Shown in pieces: positions 1 to 13,100 of a DNA stretch of 31,622 nt. Origin of the DNA: a virus (lineage: Duplodnaviria; Heunggongvirae; Uroviricota; Caudoviricetes); the IMG/VR virus record IMGVR_UViG_3300028048_000050, positions 147,494 to 179,115 of that record, one strand, 5' to 3'. A program made the position numbers and the translations under genes. The notes below the pieces were generated by a model. It did no database searches and had not been told where the DNA came from. It worked only from the letters and a program-made list of their open reading frames with translations. The first letter of the stretch is position 1. The number at the start of each line of letters is the position of its first letter.

Positions 1-2
1 AT

Positions 3-3000
3 TAGAGCATAAGCAATATTGAATATGCTATTAAAGACACTATAAATTCTATAAATAGTAAATTACTAGAACAAACTTATGATGAATCTAAGTATGATGT
101 TAAAACAGAAAATAGAACATTTTCTGAAGGACAAACATATAATATACATTATAACGGATTAAATTATACTTTAACATAGTAGAATTCATAGATTACTGCA
201 ATTAGTGAAAATGGAAAAGTAATATATGATAGTATATTATTAGAAAATTTAATTAAGACATTCTTAAATACTCCTAATAATATAATATTTACTATAAAAG
301 ATTTCCATAAAGGTCCTTTAAAAGTTATTGTAAGTTTAAATAAGGATTCTGTTACTTATGAAGTAAATGGACAACAATTTGAATCATTTACATCTAAAAA
401 AGACTTTGATTCTTTATAGGATTTTATATAGGAAATTCTACATCAAAATTTAAATATTGATAATGCTTATTTAGATGCCTATAAAGGTAAATTTAAATAT
501 GGAGCAGAAGCTGGAATAATTTCAGAATTAATGAAGGTAGCTTCAAGAGTATTAGCAAATAAACACTTATCAAATACTATATTAAAGGATTTAAATCCTT
601 CTCAAATAAACCATAAATTAAATTAGATTTTTGGTAAAGAAAAAAGTAGTATAAAACCAACTGTTAATAAACAATTAGGAGAAATAAATGTAATTACTGA
701 TTCTGCTACTAAAACTATATCTAATTTGGCTGAAGCTAAAGCTCAAGCAACTGGTAGATTAACTTCTTCTCAAGTAATAGATAGTAATGGTAATGCTGTT
801 GCCTCAAGTTCTTTAAGTAGACTTCTTTCTACTTATACATATCAAATAAATGAACAAGTATTAACTGAAGGAGCTGCAGCACAAGGATTTAGTCTCTGGA
901 ATACCGGTGTATTTAAAGGTATTCGATAGATGAAAGAAATTCAGGATAATAGTGAAGACTCTTCTAAATCTTCTACTGAATTTTCTAATTCTGAAATGGA
1001 ATATGGTACAATATTTGTAGATTTTATACAAAGTTTATTAACTAAACCTGTTAATGATAAAACTCCTTTACAAAAAGGTTTATGTTCTTTTATTCCATCT
1101 GAAAACTCAGATAAAACATATATAGGAAGAATGTTAATAGATTTAGCCAAATTAAAATTTGGTGAAGAATCTGTTTACGATATTCTTAGAAAGAATCCTA
1201 CTAGAATTGCTGAAGTAATTCCAACACTAGCCAAAGAACTTAATGCTTTTTATACTAAAGCATTGGATAATATAAATTCAACTTGGGCAAGAGTTGGATT
1301 ATTGGTAGGAGAAAGAGTTTCTTATGGGGATTGGGGACATATAACAGTAAAAGCTTTAAAAGAAAGAAAATCTACTTTACAATATATTAATGATATTGTA
1401 ACAAAATATAACAATGAAAATCCAACAAATCCAATAGTATTAATAGACTAGGTTCATTATGTCTCTGATAAAAATGGAGAATTGTAGGTTAATGAATCTT
1501 TCTTAGAAAATACTAAAAGATTTAAAGATCCAATTAGTACAGGAGAATTTCTACATGAATAGAATGTAGAAACTGTTAAGCAATTACTAAAAGATAAATT
1601 AAGAGTGCCTATAACTCCAGAAATTCAAGCTAAAATGAATGAATGGAAGGAGTAGGGATGGAATGATGCTTCTAAATGGATTGATTCTAGAACTGGAGAA
1701 ATAATATTTGCTAAAGTTCATACATATAATCCAAAAACAGATGAATATGAATTCGTTTCTGATATAAGAAGACCTAATGATTTATCTTTACTAGAAAATA
1801 TACATTATAGTGTAGATGATATAGAAATAAATCCAATTATAGAATCTTATAATATTCTTAATTTCTTCTTTACTTAGGAATTTATGAATTCTACAGTAGG
1901 AGCTTTTTATGCACATCCAAATAAAAAAGCATAGCATATTTAGCAATTATTAATGTTAGGAAAAATAGACGAAAGTCAAGCTAAAAAAATGATTCTAGAG
2001 GATGAAAAAGCTAGAAAGTTAGCTTAGGATAAACGTAATGTATCCTTTACAGCTGCTATGCATTCATTTATTAAGAATTTAATTCAAGGTATTCCTGATG
2101 AAATTAATATTGCTATAATGGAAGATCCAAAGGATTATTTATCAACAATTAGTGGAGATACTTTTGATATTACTCCACTTGATGGTTGTACATTTGAATG
2201 TCCATTCTTTGGAGAACAAGAAAATGCTTCTTTAGGAGGAGCAAAAGTTGGTGTAAATAAAAAGACTTTTACTCATTTTTATGATGCTCGTACTGGTACC
2301 GGAGGTATTATAAAAACAGCTAATTTCCCATTAACTAATGATAGAATACGTGGTTCTAAATTCTATTAGAGAATGATGAGAAACATGACTGATAGAGTTT
2401 GGAAAAATCAAAATGGAACTGATTTCATTATAAAAAATGGATATTATGATTATGATGAAACAGGACAAAATAGAGCATTTTATGAACAAAAAGGAAGTCT
2501 ATTAGACTATAATGGGAATCCAATATCCTTTACCAATCCAAATGATATAAATGGTGAATTATATTTTAAAGATAATGGAAAATACTTTAAAATAGCTTCT
2601 ATAGAATATCTTGGAAATAATACATTCCAAAGATATATTTAGGAGGTAGATGGAACAGGATTAGTACAAGGAGAAGTAATAGCTGATCCATAGGGACCAC
2701 AAGTAGTAAATACTAATTATAAATTGTGGAATTTATTTGGAGGAGCTTATTCAATGGAACTGACTGAAGGTAGTTCTAAATTAGAATTCACAGAAAATTC
2801 TATTAAAATAGTTGCTAATATAATTAACAGAATAGGAACTGATCCAAAAGATAAAACTGGACAAACTCCTGTTAGTGGTATAATTAGAACACAATCTGAT
2901 GTATATCAACCACTAAAACATTCTGATATACATTTAATGCCTACAGTTGGAGCTATTAAATAGGGTGCTGGTAATATAAATACTGTAGACAAGTACGATA

Positions 3001-6000
3001 TTTCAGATCCTAGTAAAATTAACTTTATGAGAGTTAAAATGAATTAGGCTGGAATTCAGTTAGATAAAGAACATCATGCTGATGATGAGGATTTATCTAT
3101 TATGACGTAGGTTATTTCAGCTTGTGCTGCTAGAGGTTATACACATGAACAACAACAGCAAATGTTAAATGCTCTAGCATCTCTAGCAAGAGCAGGTATT
3201 AAGGATTATATTGATAGTTTTGGAGAATTCTTTACCAATCCAGATGGATATATTTATGAAAAAAATCCAGATGGAACAGATAAAATAGATCCATAGACTG
3301 GACAGAAAATTCCTAAAACAGATATTAATGGAAATTCTATTTCTACTGATTAGAATTATCAACAAGTAATTATTAATACGTTAATAGATGCTTTAATACA
3401 TTCTACTAATAGTGCTGCTACTTTATAGATGGTAACTCAAGAACTTATAAATAAAGCTAAAGAAGGAAAGGAAATAGCTTTTAAGGATGCAAATACTATT
3501 CCTTATAGTGATCCATCAGTATTTAGAAAATTACACTCTACTATTGCTGTAGCTTTAACTAGAGGCGCTATTAAAATTAAAGTTCAAGGAGTTCTTTCTG
3601 TACTTTGCCCATCGTTTGGAGTTGTTAAATTATATAATAATAAAACATTAAATAGTTTTAATAATGATGAATAGATTCAAGCAGAACAAGAAACTTTTGA
3701 TTCTATTCCAGAAAATAATCTTGTAAATGATATAGGTAGACTTAAACTTGGAAGAACATATAAAATAATAGATAGTGCAGGAAATATTTAGCTATTAAAT
3801 GCAAGAACATAGGATGATTATTATAATTTAAAAAATTTATTAATATAGACTCCTGAAAATATTGTTTCAATAACAGAACAATTTGCTCCAATGCCCGAAC
3901 TAGGTTTTGAAGGAGGTAGAGAACTGGGTTCTTATAATGCTACTTTCTAGGCTATTAAAGGAGTATCTACGACTACTATGGAATCAACAGACAATATTCG
4001 TCATCAAATAGATTCTATAAGAGGTTGGGAACAAAAATTAAATAAAGCAGAATAGTTAGGTCTTACTATTGATAAAGATACTACTCCTAAAAATGTTCGT
4101 GAATATATATGTCAAAATTTTCCTACACTTTCAAGAAGTTCTGTAATGCAACATACAGGATTAAAACCTGCTGATTTAACAAAGTTTGGAGCTATATTGA
4201 GAACTAATGGAATAAGTATTGAAAAAGCAGCAGAACAATTATATGGAAATCTTCCAGAGACTTTACAAAATACTACTAACGATACTGAAATAAAAGATAT
4301 AATAATAGAATTATTAACAACTTCTATAAGTTATACTGATATTACTAAAGGTATTTATAAAAATAGAATAGAATAGGCTTTAGAAGATTATGATTTTAAC
4401 TATCAACAATATTTAGACTATCTAAACGAAGTTCCTTTAACTTATAATGTTAATGATTTAGCTTCTGTACATAGATTATCTGATTTAAAGAAACAAGGAG
4501 CATCTACTGAAGAAATTGATTAGGCTTTAAAAGATGTTCAATGGGATTTAAATATTTTATCTAATCTAAAGAATCCTACTATTAAAGAAGGAGAGAATAT
4601 CATAAAAGATGGTTCTGACAAATCATTATTATTAGATGATGGAACAAGAATTTAGGTTAATCCAAAATCTATAAATATTGAACCATATGAAATAGTAATG
4701 CCTAAAATTTTTGCTTCTATATTTGGGTTAGAAGTTGGAGATGATCTAGAAGCTATTAAAAACGATAAAGATTTCTTTGTTAAAAAACTTATACAAGCTA
4801 CTAAGCCAAAAGTATCCAGTCAATTCTATAGTATTGGTTTAATGAATATAGGAAATCGCAATTCTCTATATATTCTAGATAGAAATCAAGGTGTTTAGGA
4901 TACTGATTCATTTACTCAAAAAGAAATTCAACAAATTAACGAAAAAGGTAAAATTTGGAGAGTAAGAAATGGAGAAAAAATGTATCAAATGTAGAAAGGA
5001 GATACAATTTATGAATATAGACATCCAGATGGAACAATTTAGGAAGTTATAGTTTCAAATAAACCTGAATTCTATGTAAAAAATTGTTCTTACATTACAT
5101 TAAATTGTTCTTATTCTTATGATGAAAATTCTTTTATGAGAATATTAAGTAATAGTAGTAAAGATAATAAAACTGTATCAGACTTTATAGATTATATTAA
5201 TATTGCTAGATCTGAATATGGAGATAATTTAAAAACTGCTATTCAAAATATTCAAAATATATCTAATATTAATGATTTAAAGGAATCTCCAATTGGAAAG
5301 TATTTCATAGAACGTGGACATGAAATTCATACATCGTTTTTACAATCCTTAAAAGTTGTTGCTGCTCGTATTCCAGCTCAATCTATGCAGTCTTTTATGC
5401 CTATGAAAGTTGTTGCTTTTGAAGCTCCAGACATAAATACTGCATATGTAAGTACAGCATAGTTCTTGTTCTAGGGTTCTGATCTTGATATTGACGCTGT
5501 ATCATTAGCTTCCTTCTCATTTGATAAATCTGGAAGATATATATTACATAGTCCTTATGGTAATACAGAGACTTTAGAAAATTTAGAAGCTAGTATGACA
5601 ATACCTTTCCCAACAGGAAAAGTATTAGAAATAAATTCAGAAAAAACTTTTGATTATAGTAAATTTATTTCTTACGCTGAAGCATAGAATATGCCACAAC
5701 CATTTATGGTTGTTAAGGGAACTGATAAATTAATAACTAAATTAAATAATCCTTATAGCATTAGAAATTTTGCTAAACTTATAGAATATTTTAATAGAAT
5801 TGGATATATTCCAGCATCTTAGGATGCGTCATTAGCACCTATTGTAGACAAAATAAAGAAAATAGCAAATAAACATAATAATTATATAAATAGTGACAAA
5901 GCAGAAGATTTCTCTAAAAACTTTGTAGTAGCTACTATGTATAATATTGGAATAAGTCCTGCTAATCTTATTGAATCACAACAAGCTCTTGACTATATTA

Positions 6001-8588
6001 CTAAACCTCTTAAAGATGTTGCTAATAATACTATAAAAGCAAAGGAATCCTCTTTAGAAAATCCAGCCAATTTTACTACCAATATTCATGGAATAGCCTA
6101 GAATATGGCTGGTAAAAAAGGTGTAGGTATTTGCGCTGTAGGTCTTAAATCTTTCTTTGCTGCTACAGCTAGATATAATGAAGTATTAAGAAATGGCACT
6201 GAATGGGAACAAGCTAGATTAAAATCAGAAGTCACTATAGCCGGAAAAAAATATTAGATGTTAGCTAATGCTTATGGTGTAGAAATTTCGAATCAAGCTA
6301 TTGCTCAAGTTGTATCAGAATTAAGTAATTAGGATTAGGCTTTAATATTATCAGCATTACTTTCACTAGCTACTGATAATGCAAAGGAATTGGCACTTGA
6401 TAAACTTAATGCTTCTAATATGTTAGGAATGTATATTTATGGTATAACTATAGGTATGGATTTCAAAGCTATAGCTGATATTATTTGTTCTGAAACAGGG
6501 CTTGTAATAAACGAATTAATGGGAAGTAATTCATTCCTTAATGAAAAAGGAAAAAATATTCAAAATATTTTTGATTATCTAGAATTAGCTCCAGTATTGG
6601 ATAGTAATGTTAGATTATCTGAACAAGGAAATGCTATTTTATTAAAATTAGATAGACAAGAATTATTTAATTTAACTCATAAAGGATTTACTATTGAAGA
6701 ACAATTAGAATATTTAAATAATATTAAATAGGAAATTGATCAAAATGTTCTCCACGATAGTGATGAACAATTACGAGAATATTATGAATTACATAGATTA
6801 GTTGAGCAAGCTGAAAATTACATAGAAAGATATAATTCTATCAATTAGGAAACTTATAAAGATTTTAAAAAGTTAAATGATGGTGCCGAAGAAATACGTA
6901 GATTAGGACAATTATTACATATAAATCAAGGATTGGAGAATTCTTATGCTAAATCTATTAATTATTTAAATGTTGTAACAAGTGTAATAGCTGATAGACA
7001 GTATTCTAAATTTAGGGAATATAAAAGAAAAAAGGTTAGAGAAGCTTTAGAAAAAGGAGAATCAATACCTTATATATAGTAGTCAAAGACTAACTGGAAT
7101 TTTGAGTTCCATCAATTTGTATCTGATTAGAATTATAAAGAGGCTTGGATTGACATTTATGAAGGTAAATGTAATAGAGAAAGATTCTAGAATAGTCAAA
7201 TCTATAGAGACCAATTTGCTCAAGTTTATCCTATAGTTAGATAGGCTACATCTACTAATGACGCTTATAGCAAGGTAATGGAAAATATTAAAAAATCAAA
7301 GGTATTTATTAATATTCTTGATGTATTATAGGTTCCTCATTTTGCTTCTTATTTAGAATCTGCTGATATGTTACATCAAGCTATGATGAAAACTTCTATA
7401 AAATATCGTTCTGTATTTAAATTAGGTCAAAGAGCTATTGATATTTTAGGAGCTTATTCTACTAATGATAAAGAGTCTATTTATAGAAGAACTGAACAAA
7501 TGGTCGATAGAATTATTAGAGATAGATATTATTTATCTAAAGGACTTAAAATTGTTTTACCAAGAAATTCTTCTTACTTTATTAAGGAAAATGGACAATT
7601 TGTAAAGAAATCAAAAACTACTACCACTCCAATATAGTTAGGAACAGAGGAAGGAAATGCTTCATTTAAACTATTTATGGAAACAGTAGTTATTCCTAAC
7701 TTACAAAAAGGTAAATATGGTGATGGTAATAACCAAGATGCAGCTTTACTTAAAAATGAATTTATTAAAAGTTTAGCTCCAACTCTTTATAAACATAATG
7801 CTCATTATAATGTTACAATATGTTATGCTCCAGGAATTAATATGAGTCCTAGAAGTGATGCTGAAAAAGCCTTGTTTGAGAAAATTAAATATGATTTTAA
7901 TGCTTTCCGTTCTGGAACCTTAAGTCATGTTAAATATAAGATTGGAGATAAATATTATGATATTCCAGAATTATTCTATTATTATAATCAAATAGCTTTT
8001 GATGGAAGACCTGGAGAAAATACAATGACTTCTATTTTCTAGGATATATTAGATTATAAACCTATAAAAGAATATAGAGATTATGAAAATGCTCTTGATA
8101 TGGAAGGGGTTATTGATGTTGATGATTATACTCTTAGTAAGGAAACAGCTTTGAGACAAAATCCTTGGTCATCAAATATGCATAATATTTATTATGAAGA
8201 TCCAGATACAGGTCTTTTAGCTTTTTGGACAAAAATAGGAAATGTAAGAGGGGATGATGAAGGACAAATAAGACTTATAAATGGTTACAATCCTTCATTT
8301 ATGAATTATAATGTAGAAACTAAAAATTATATAAATGTAAGTGCTGATAGAATTTCTTATGATTTAGTTTTATCAGACAATGAAAAAGTTACTATAGAAA
8401 TTAATAAAGGTAAAGTTACTAAGATTACTAGACAAGATAAATCAGAATTAATAATTCCAGATAAGGCAAAACCTTTCTTTGAAAATCCTCCGGCTAATTA
8501 TTTAATACAACCTAACGGAAGTAAACAATTAGTATTTAATACTGATAAAATAAGACAAGGTATTGAGAATATAATTAAATGTCATTAA
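3..8588 (+). CDS. Virion-packaged DNA-dependent RNA polymerase, crAss-like two-barrel type; 5'-truncated, >2860 aa, TAG read as Gln
   Basis: All 13 + strand ORF-track fragments from 726 to 8588 share one frame (start mod 3 = 0). The gaps I translated contain only TAG, and the frame closes at TAA 8586-8588. It has RIPAQSMQSF followed by Q(TAG)-G-S-D-L-D-I-D (DxDxD at 5481-5495), plus AQDKRN and DGxxFxxP segments typical of crAss RNAPs. Confidence 0.9.
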
Positions 8589-8591
8589 TGT

Positions 8592-10184
8592 ATGCAATGT
8601 GTTAATAAAAATACTAGAGAGTACCAGACTTTATTAAAATAGTCTGGTCTCTCTGATTTTGAATTACAAGTTTATGTAGGAGAATCTTTAGATACCTTAG
8701 GTAGATATCCTTATTTAGATGAATTATTAAACGCTAATTCTTCTAAAGCTATTTCTAAAGATTTATCTTTAAATAAAGATAATGTTACTAAAACAGAAAA
8801 CATATTAAAGGAAACTAATACTAATACTGTAGAAGAAGCTATTCCAGTATTAAATAACAGATATAGAGATAAAGAAATTGAAGTATTAGAAGTTGGAAGT
8901 AGATCTAAAGTATATGTAACAACAAGACCTAATGAATCTGGTAATGTAGATTTATCAGATGAAATAGAAATAGAAATGAAGAATATAAAAGAAAAAGCTG
9001 TTTCTAATGGTACTTATATGACTGCTCCCAATGGGAATCCGACTAATCTTAATGAAAGACAATGGCTTTAGGTAAGAACTCAAGCTTTTAAAGATTGGTT
9101 CGGTGATTGGATTAACGATCCTGCCAGTGCTTCTAAAGTAGTAGATGAGAATGGTGAGCCTCTTGTTGTATATAGAATAGACGGTGATAAATTTAATATT
9201 TTTGATAGATCTTACATAGGAACTAATCTAGAACCATATTTTGGTAAAGGTTTCTATTTTACTCCTTCATTTGAATATGTTTCAATATTTCCTGGAACTT
9301 ATATAAGAGGATTCTTCTTAAATGCCAAAAAAGAATATAACATTAAAGATTCTCAAGATTAGAAATTAATTGATTTAGAGAAAACTTCTGATAGTGTAAA
9401 CTGGGTAAAGGAAAAAGGAAAAGAAGAAGAACTTGTAGTATTTAATCCAAATCAAATTAAATCTGCTGATAATAATAGTGGAAGGTTTTCTAGCATTAAT
9501 GACGATATAACTGATAATGAAGTAAATAGTTTTTGTTACTTTAATGAAGTAATTGATAAACTACAAACATTATATGGAATTAATATTATTCCTATTACTA
9601 ATGAAGAATTAAGTAAAGATAGTTGGGCTTCTGTTGTAGGAACTAAAGGTGTTAAATCTTTTATTTATAATGGAAATATTTATATAAATACAGATATAGC
9701 TACTGTAGATTCTCCTGTACACGAATTTCTTCATTTATTATTTGGAAGTATGAAATATCAAAATAGAGCATTATATGATTAGTTAGTTAGTTAGGCTGAA
9801 TAGTTTGATTCTTATAATACAATTTCTTTAAATTATCCAAATAGAACTAAAGGAGATATAAATGAAGAAGTATTTGTAACAGAGTTAGCCAAATATCTTA
9901 CTGGACAAAATAACGCTATTAATAATCTCTCTGATGCTAATAAAAAAGAAATAATGTATAATATAAATAGAACTTTAGATACGGTATTAATGGGAGAGCA
10001 TAGTGTAAAAAGTGTTCAAGATCCTTATAATTTTAGTTTAAAGTCGTTAGCTAAATTAGTTAATTCTTCTACAATGGTATCAGAAAAAAGAGGAAGTTTA
10101 ACTGATGCTACAATAAACAGAATGATGGCTAATACTAAATCAGAACTAATGAAAAATAGAGAATTAAGGGAGGAATGTCAATGA
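8592..10184 (+). CDS. Polyvalent virion protein (530 aa with TAG=Gln): N-terminal domain, ART-PolyVal-like ADP-ribosyltransferase domain and zincin metallopeptidase domain
   Basis: ATG at 8592 (MQCVNKNTREYQTLLK), interrupted only by TAG up to TGA 10182-10184. ART-like signature: APNGNPTNLNERQWLQVRTQAFKDWFGDW..SKVVDENGEPLVVY..FGKGFYFT..FLN..ELVVFNPNQIKSA (about 9018-9510). Zincin motif HEFLH (9720-9734) with a downstream EE. Confidence 0.85.
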
Positions 10185-13100
10185 AGTGTAGATATATTTA
10201 CAAAGGATAGGTTTTTGAATCTGAAGCTGCTTTAGATGATTTTCTAATTGAAAAAAGAAAATATGAATCTAAATTTGGTGATTTAGTATTTTCTAGAACA
10301 TCCCCATTCTTATCAGCCAAAAATATTATAGAAAATAAAATAATGTCTCGTTCTAAAGAACTTGAAGCTCTTATGAAAGAAGCTAGATTAAGAGCAGGTT
10401 CTTTTGATGGTGATGAAATTTTAGAGTTTCGTGCTCCATATATTGGTGTAACTAAATTTCTATCAGGATTAGAGGTTGAAGGTAAACTTTTATTCCCTGA
10501 ATTTCGTTTAAAATCTTACTGGAGTTTAAGAGAAGAATCTTGGACAACACCCTTAGAATCTGGAGAAAAATTAGAGGATAGATTTACTAAAGATGAAATT
10601 GATATTTTCTTTGAAGGAGAAACATTTGAAGAGAAAAAAAGTAAAATAAGATTATTAAATCCTACAGAAGTAAAGTAGTTGTAGGAGTTAATGACTAATA
10701 AATGGGATTTTCAAGCAGCTTCTGGTTCTGCTGTTCACTATATTTTATAGCAATATTTTACAAAAGATCCTGATACTGGAAAAATTCTTGGAGATTCTGA
10801 AAGAAATCTAATTATTGATAAAATATCCTCTAATATAGAAAAGGATTTAAGAGAAGAATTAGGTAGTAGATTTAGAGAAGGTATATATAATAATGAAACT
10901 ATTGAATAGGCTATTATATATGCAGACCAATTAAAAAGAGAACTTAGAGCTTTACATGGACAAAACTGTGAGTTTTATCCTGAACTTGGAATAGCTTCTG
11001 AAATGCATAAAGCAACTCCAGGTAAACCACAAACTTTAATGGGTTATATTGACTTAGCGGTTCTTGACGAAAAAGGTAAGATTAACTATTATGACTATAA
11101 AACCTCTCCAAAAGAATATGGCGAATTTGGAAAACCTAAAAGACTAGCTTATACATATCAGTTAGCAGCCTATGGAAAATTATTTAGACAATACGGATTG
11201 GATTATAGAGATAGTGACATAGGAATATTACCTATACAATTTTAGGATTTAAAATTAGTTAATCCAGAAGAAGCTCATCAAAATCCTAAAAAAGCTAAAT
11301 TTGAATATAAAACAATTACTTGGGGTAGAGAATTAATTCAAAGAGAAGTTAAACAACGAATGTAGGCTGTAAATTCTCAAGGTAATTAGCCTATATTAGA
11401 CAATCTTGACGATTACCTTCCAGAGGATTTAATTTTAGATGCTCCTACTGAAAAATGTGTAGAGAATGTTGAAGAACAGTTAAAAACCTGGTGTCCAGAT
11501 TACTAGAAGTATAAAGCAAAAACCGACGAAGAAATTCGTTCAATGTTAGAAGAAGAAGATGCTTTGAAACCAGTAGAAAGGAACGGAAAACAAGTTTATG
11601 TTTATAAAACTAAATATGGAAATAAAGAAATAATTGCTGATAACGAACCGGAATTAATAGAAAAAATTAAAAAACAATAGGAAAAATACGAAAGAAGTAG
11701 AGAATGGATGGCTTCTACTGCTATAAAAGCTTTAAAATATGGTATTGAAAATAATACTACGGATATTGGAGAATTTATATCTTCTATTGATACAAAAGGT
11801 TTAGCTGATGAAACAGGTCTTTCTAAATGGTTTTCTGATTATTTAGGTAGGTATTGTAACAATAATTGGGAAGTAGTAGAACACGATACTTTAAAGCATT
11901 TTGGTATAATTGTATTAAGAAACAAACTTAATAAGCAATAGATTGATGTTATTAAAATGACTTCTACTCCTAATTTATATTATAATCCATTTGAATCTAA
12001 TAAAGAAACTAGAAAGAAAAATAGAAATCATTTATTATCTTATGCTTTTTAGCCTGACATTGTTGAACAATCTAATTAGAAAAGTTTAATGTTAGACGGA
12101 TATAAAGGTAATATTGAATTACTAGAAACAGTGTTAGTATTAAATAATATTCCAGGATTATTTACACAAGGATATAGTGGAGCAGTTATTGGAGACATTC
12201 AAGTAATGAATTCTTATAGAGGGGAAGGAATTCATGCTTCTAATGAAGAATTATTATATACTTTTAATAAATTAAATCAGTTATCTCCCTTAAAACATGA
12301 AAATAATATATCTTCTGGAAAAGTAAAATTTGGAACAGCATTTGATATAGCTGTAAATATGTTTACAGATGCTATGACTTAGAATCCAGATTTTACTTTA
12401 AAAGAAAGTGAATTTAATTCAGCAAAAGCAGATTTAGACAAAGCTATTGATGGCTCTATTGATAAAAAAATTGAAGTAGTTGAAGATATAATTAGAAGAT
12501 TAGAAAATTCTTATGGTTATTTAAAAAGTGGAGTAACAAGGGAAAATATTCTAAATAAACCTGAAGCAAGATTATATGTTTAGATGCTCCAAGCTTTAGC
12601 AGGATTAAGAGGAGTTACTTTTAGACAATAGGTAAAGGATCATGATAAATGGTTACAAGAAAGAACATTTAGGGGAATTTTAGCTAAAGGAGTTAGTGGA
12701 ACAATGATAGATAACCCGGGAAACTTACTTAGTGACACCTTAAATTAGGTAACTAAATTAGTGACTTAGGCTTATCAAAATATTAGAAATTCAATGACTT
12801 CTAAGGTAGCTCAATTAAGAAATGCTACAGAGGAATTAAAAAGAGCTAAAGGATATTACGGTATAGCACAATATGTTGGAAATGCTACCAATATGTATAA
12901 AAATATGACAGAAATGGTAGATGGAGATTTATTATTTAAAGATTTAAATAGTATTCAAGATCCTGCAGAAAAGAAATATCTTAAATTAGTTTTGGAAATA
13001 ATTAATGAAAATAGATTTGGAGGAAAAATTTCTAAAGAAGAGTTAGAATTATGGAGAGATACTCATGATTTAAGATATTATAGAGTTCCTTTAGTTATAG

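Noticed and set aside
941-3365. Antisense ORFs 941-1150 and 3183-3365
   Set aside because: Shadow frames opposite the RNAP gene, with no recognisable motifs.
8586-8594. Readthrough fusion of the RNAP and the next gene, which share a frame (TAA TGT ATG)
   Set aside because: The stop is TAA, for which there is no evidence of reassignment, and the downstream MQC start mirrors the MKC start of gene 3.
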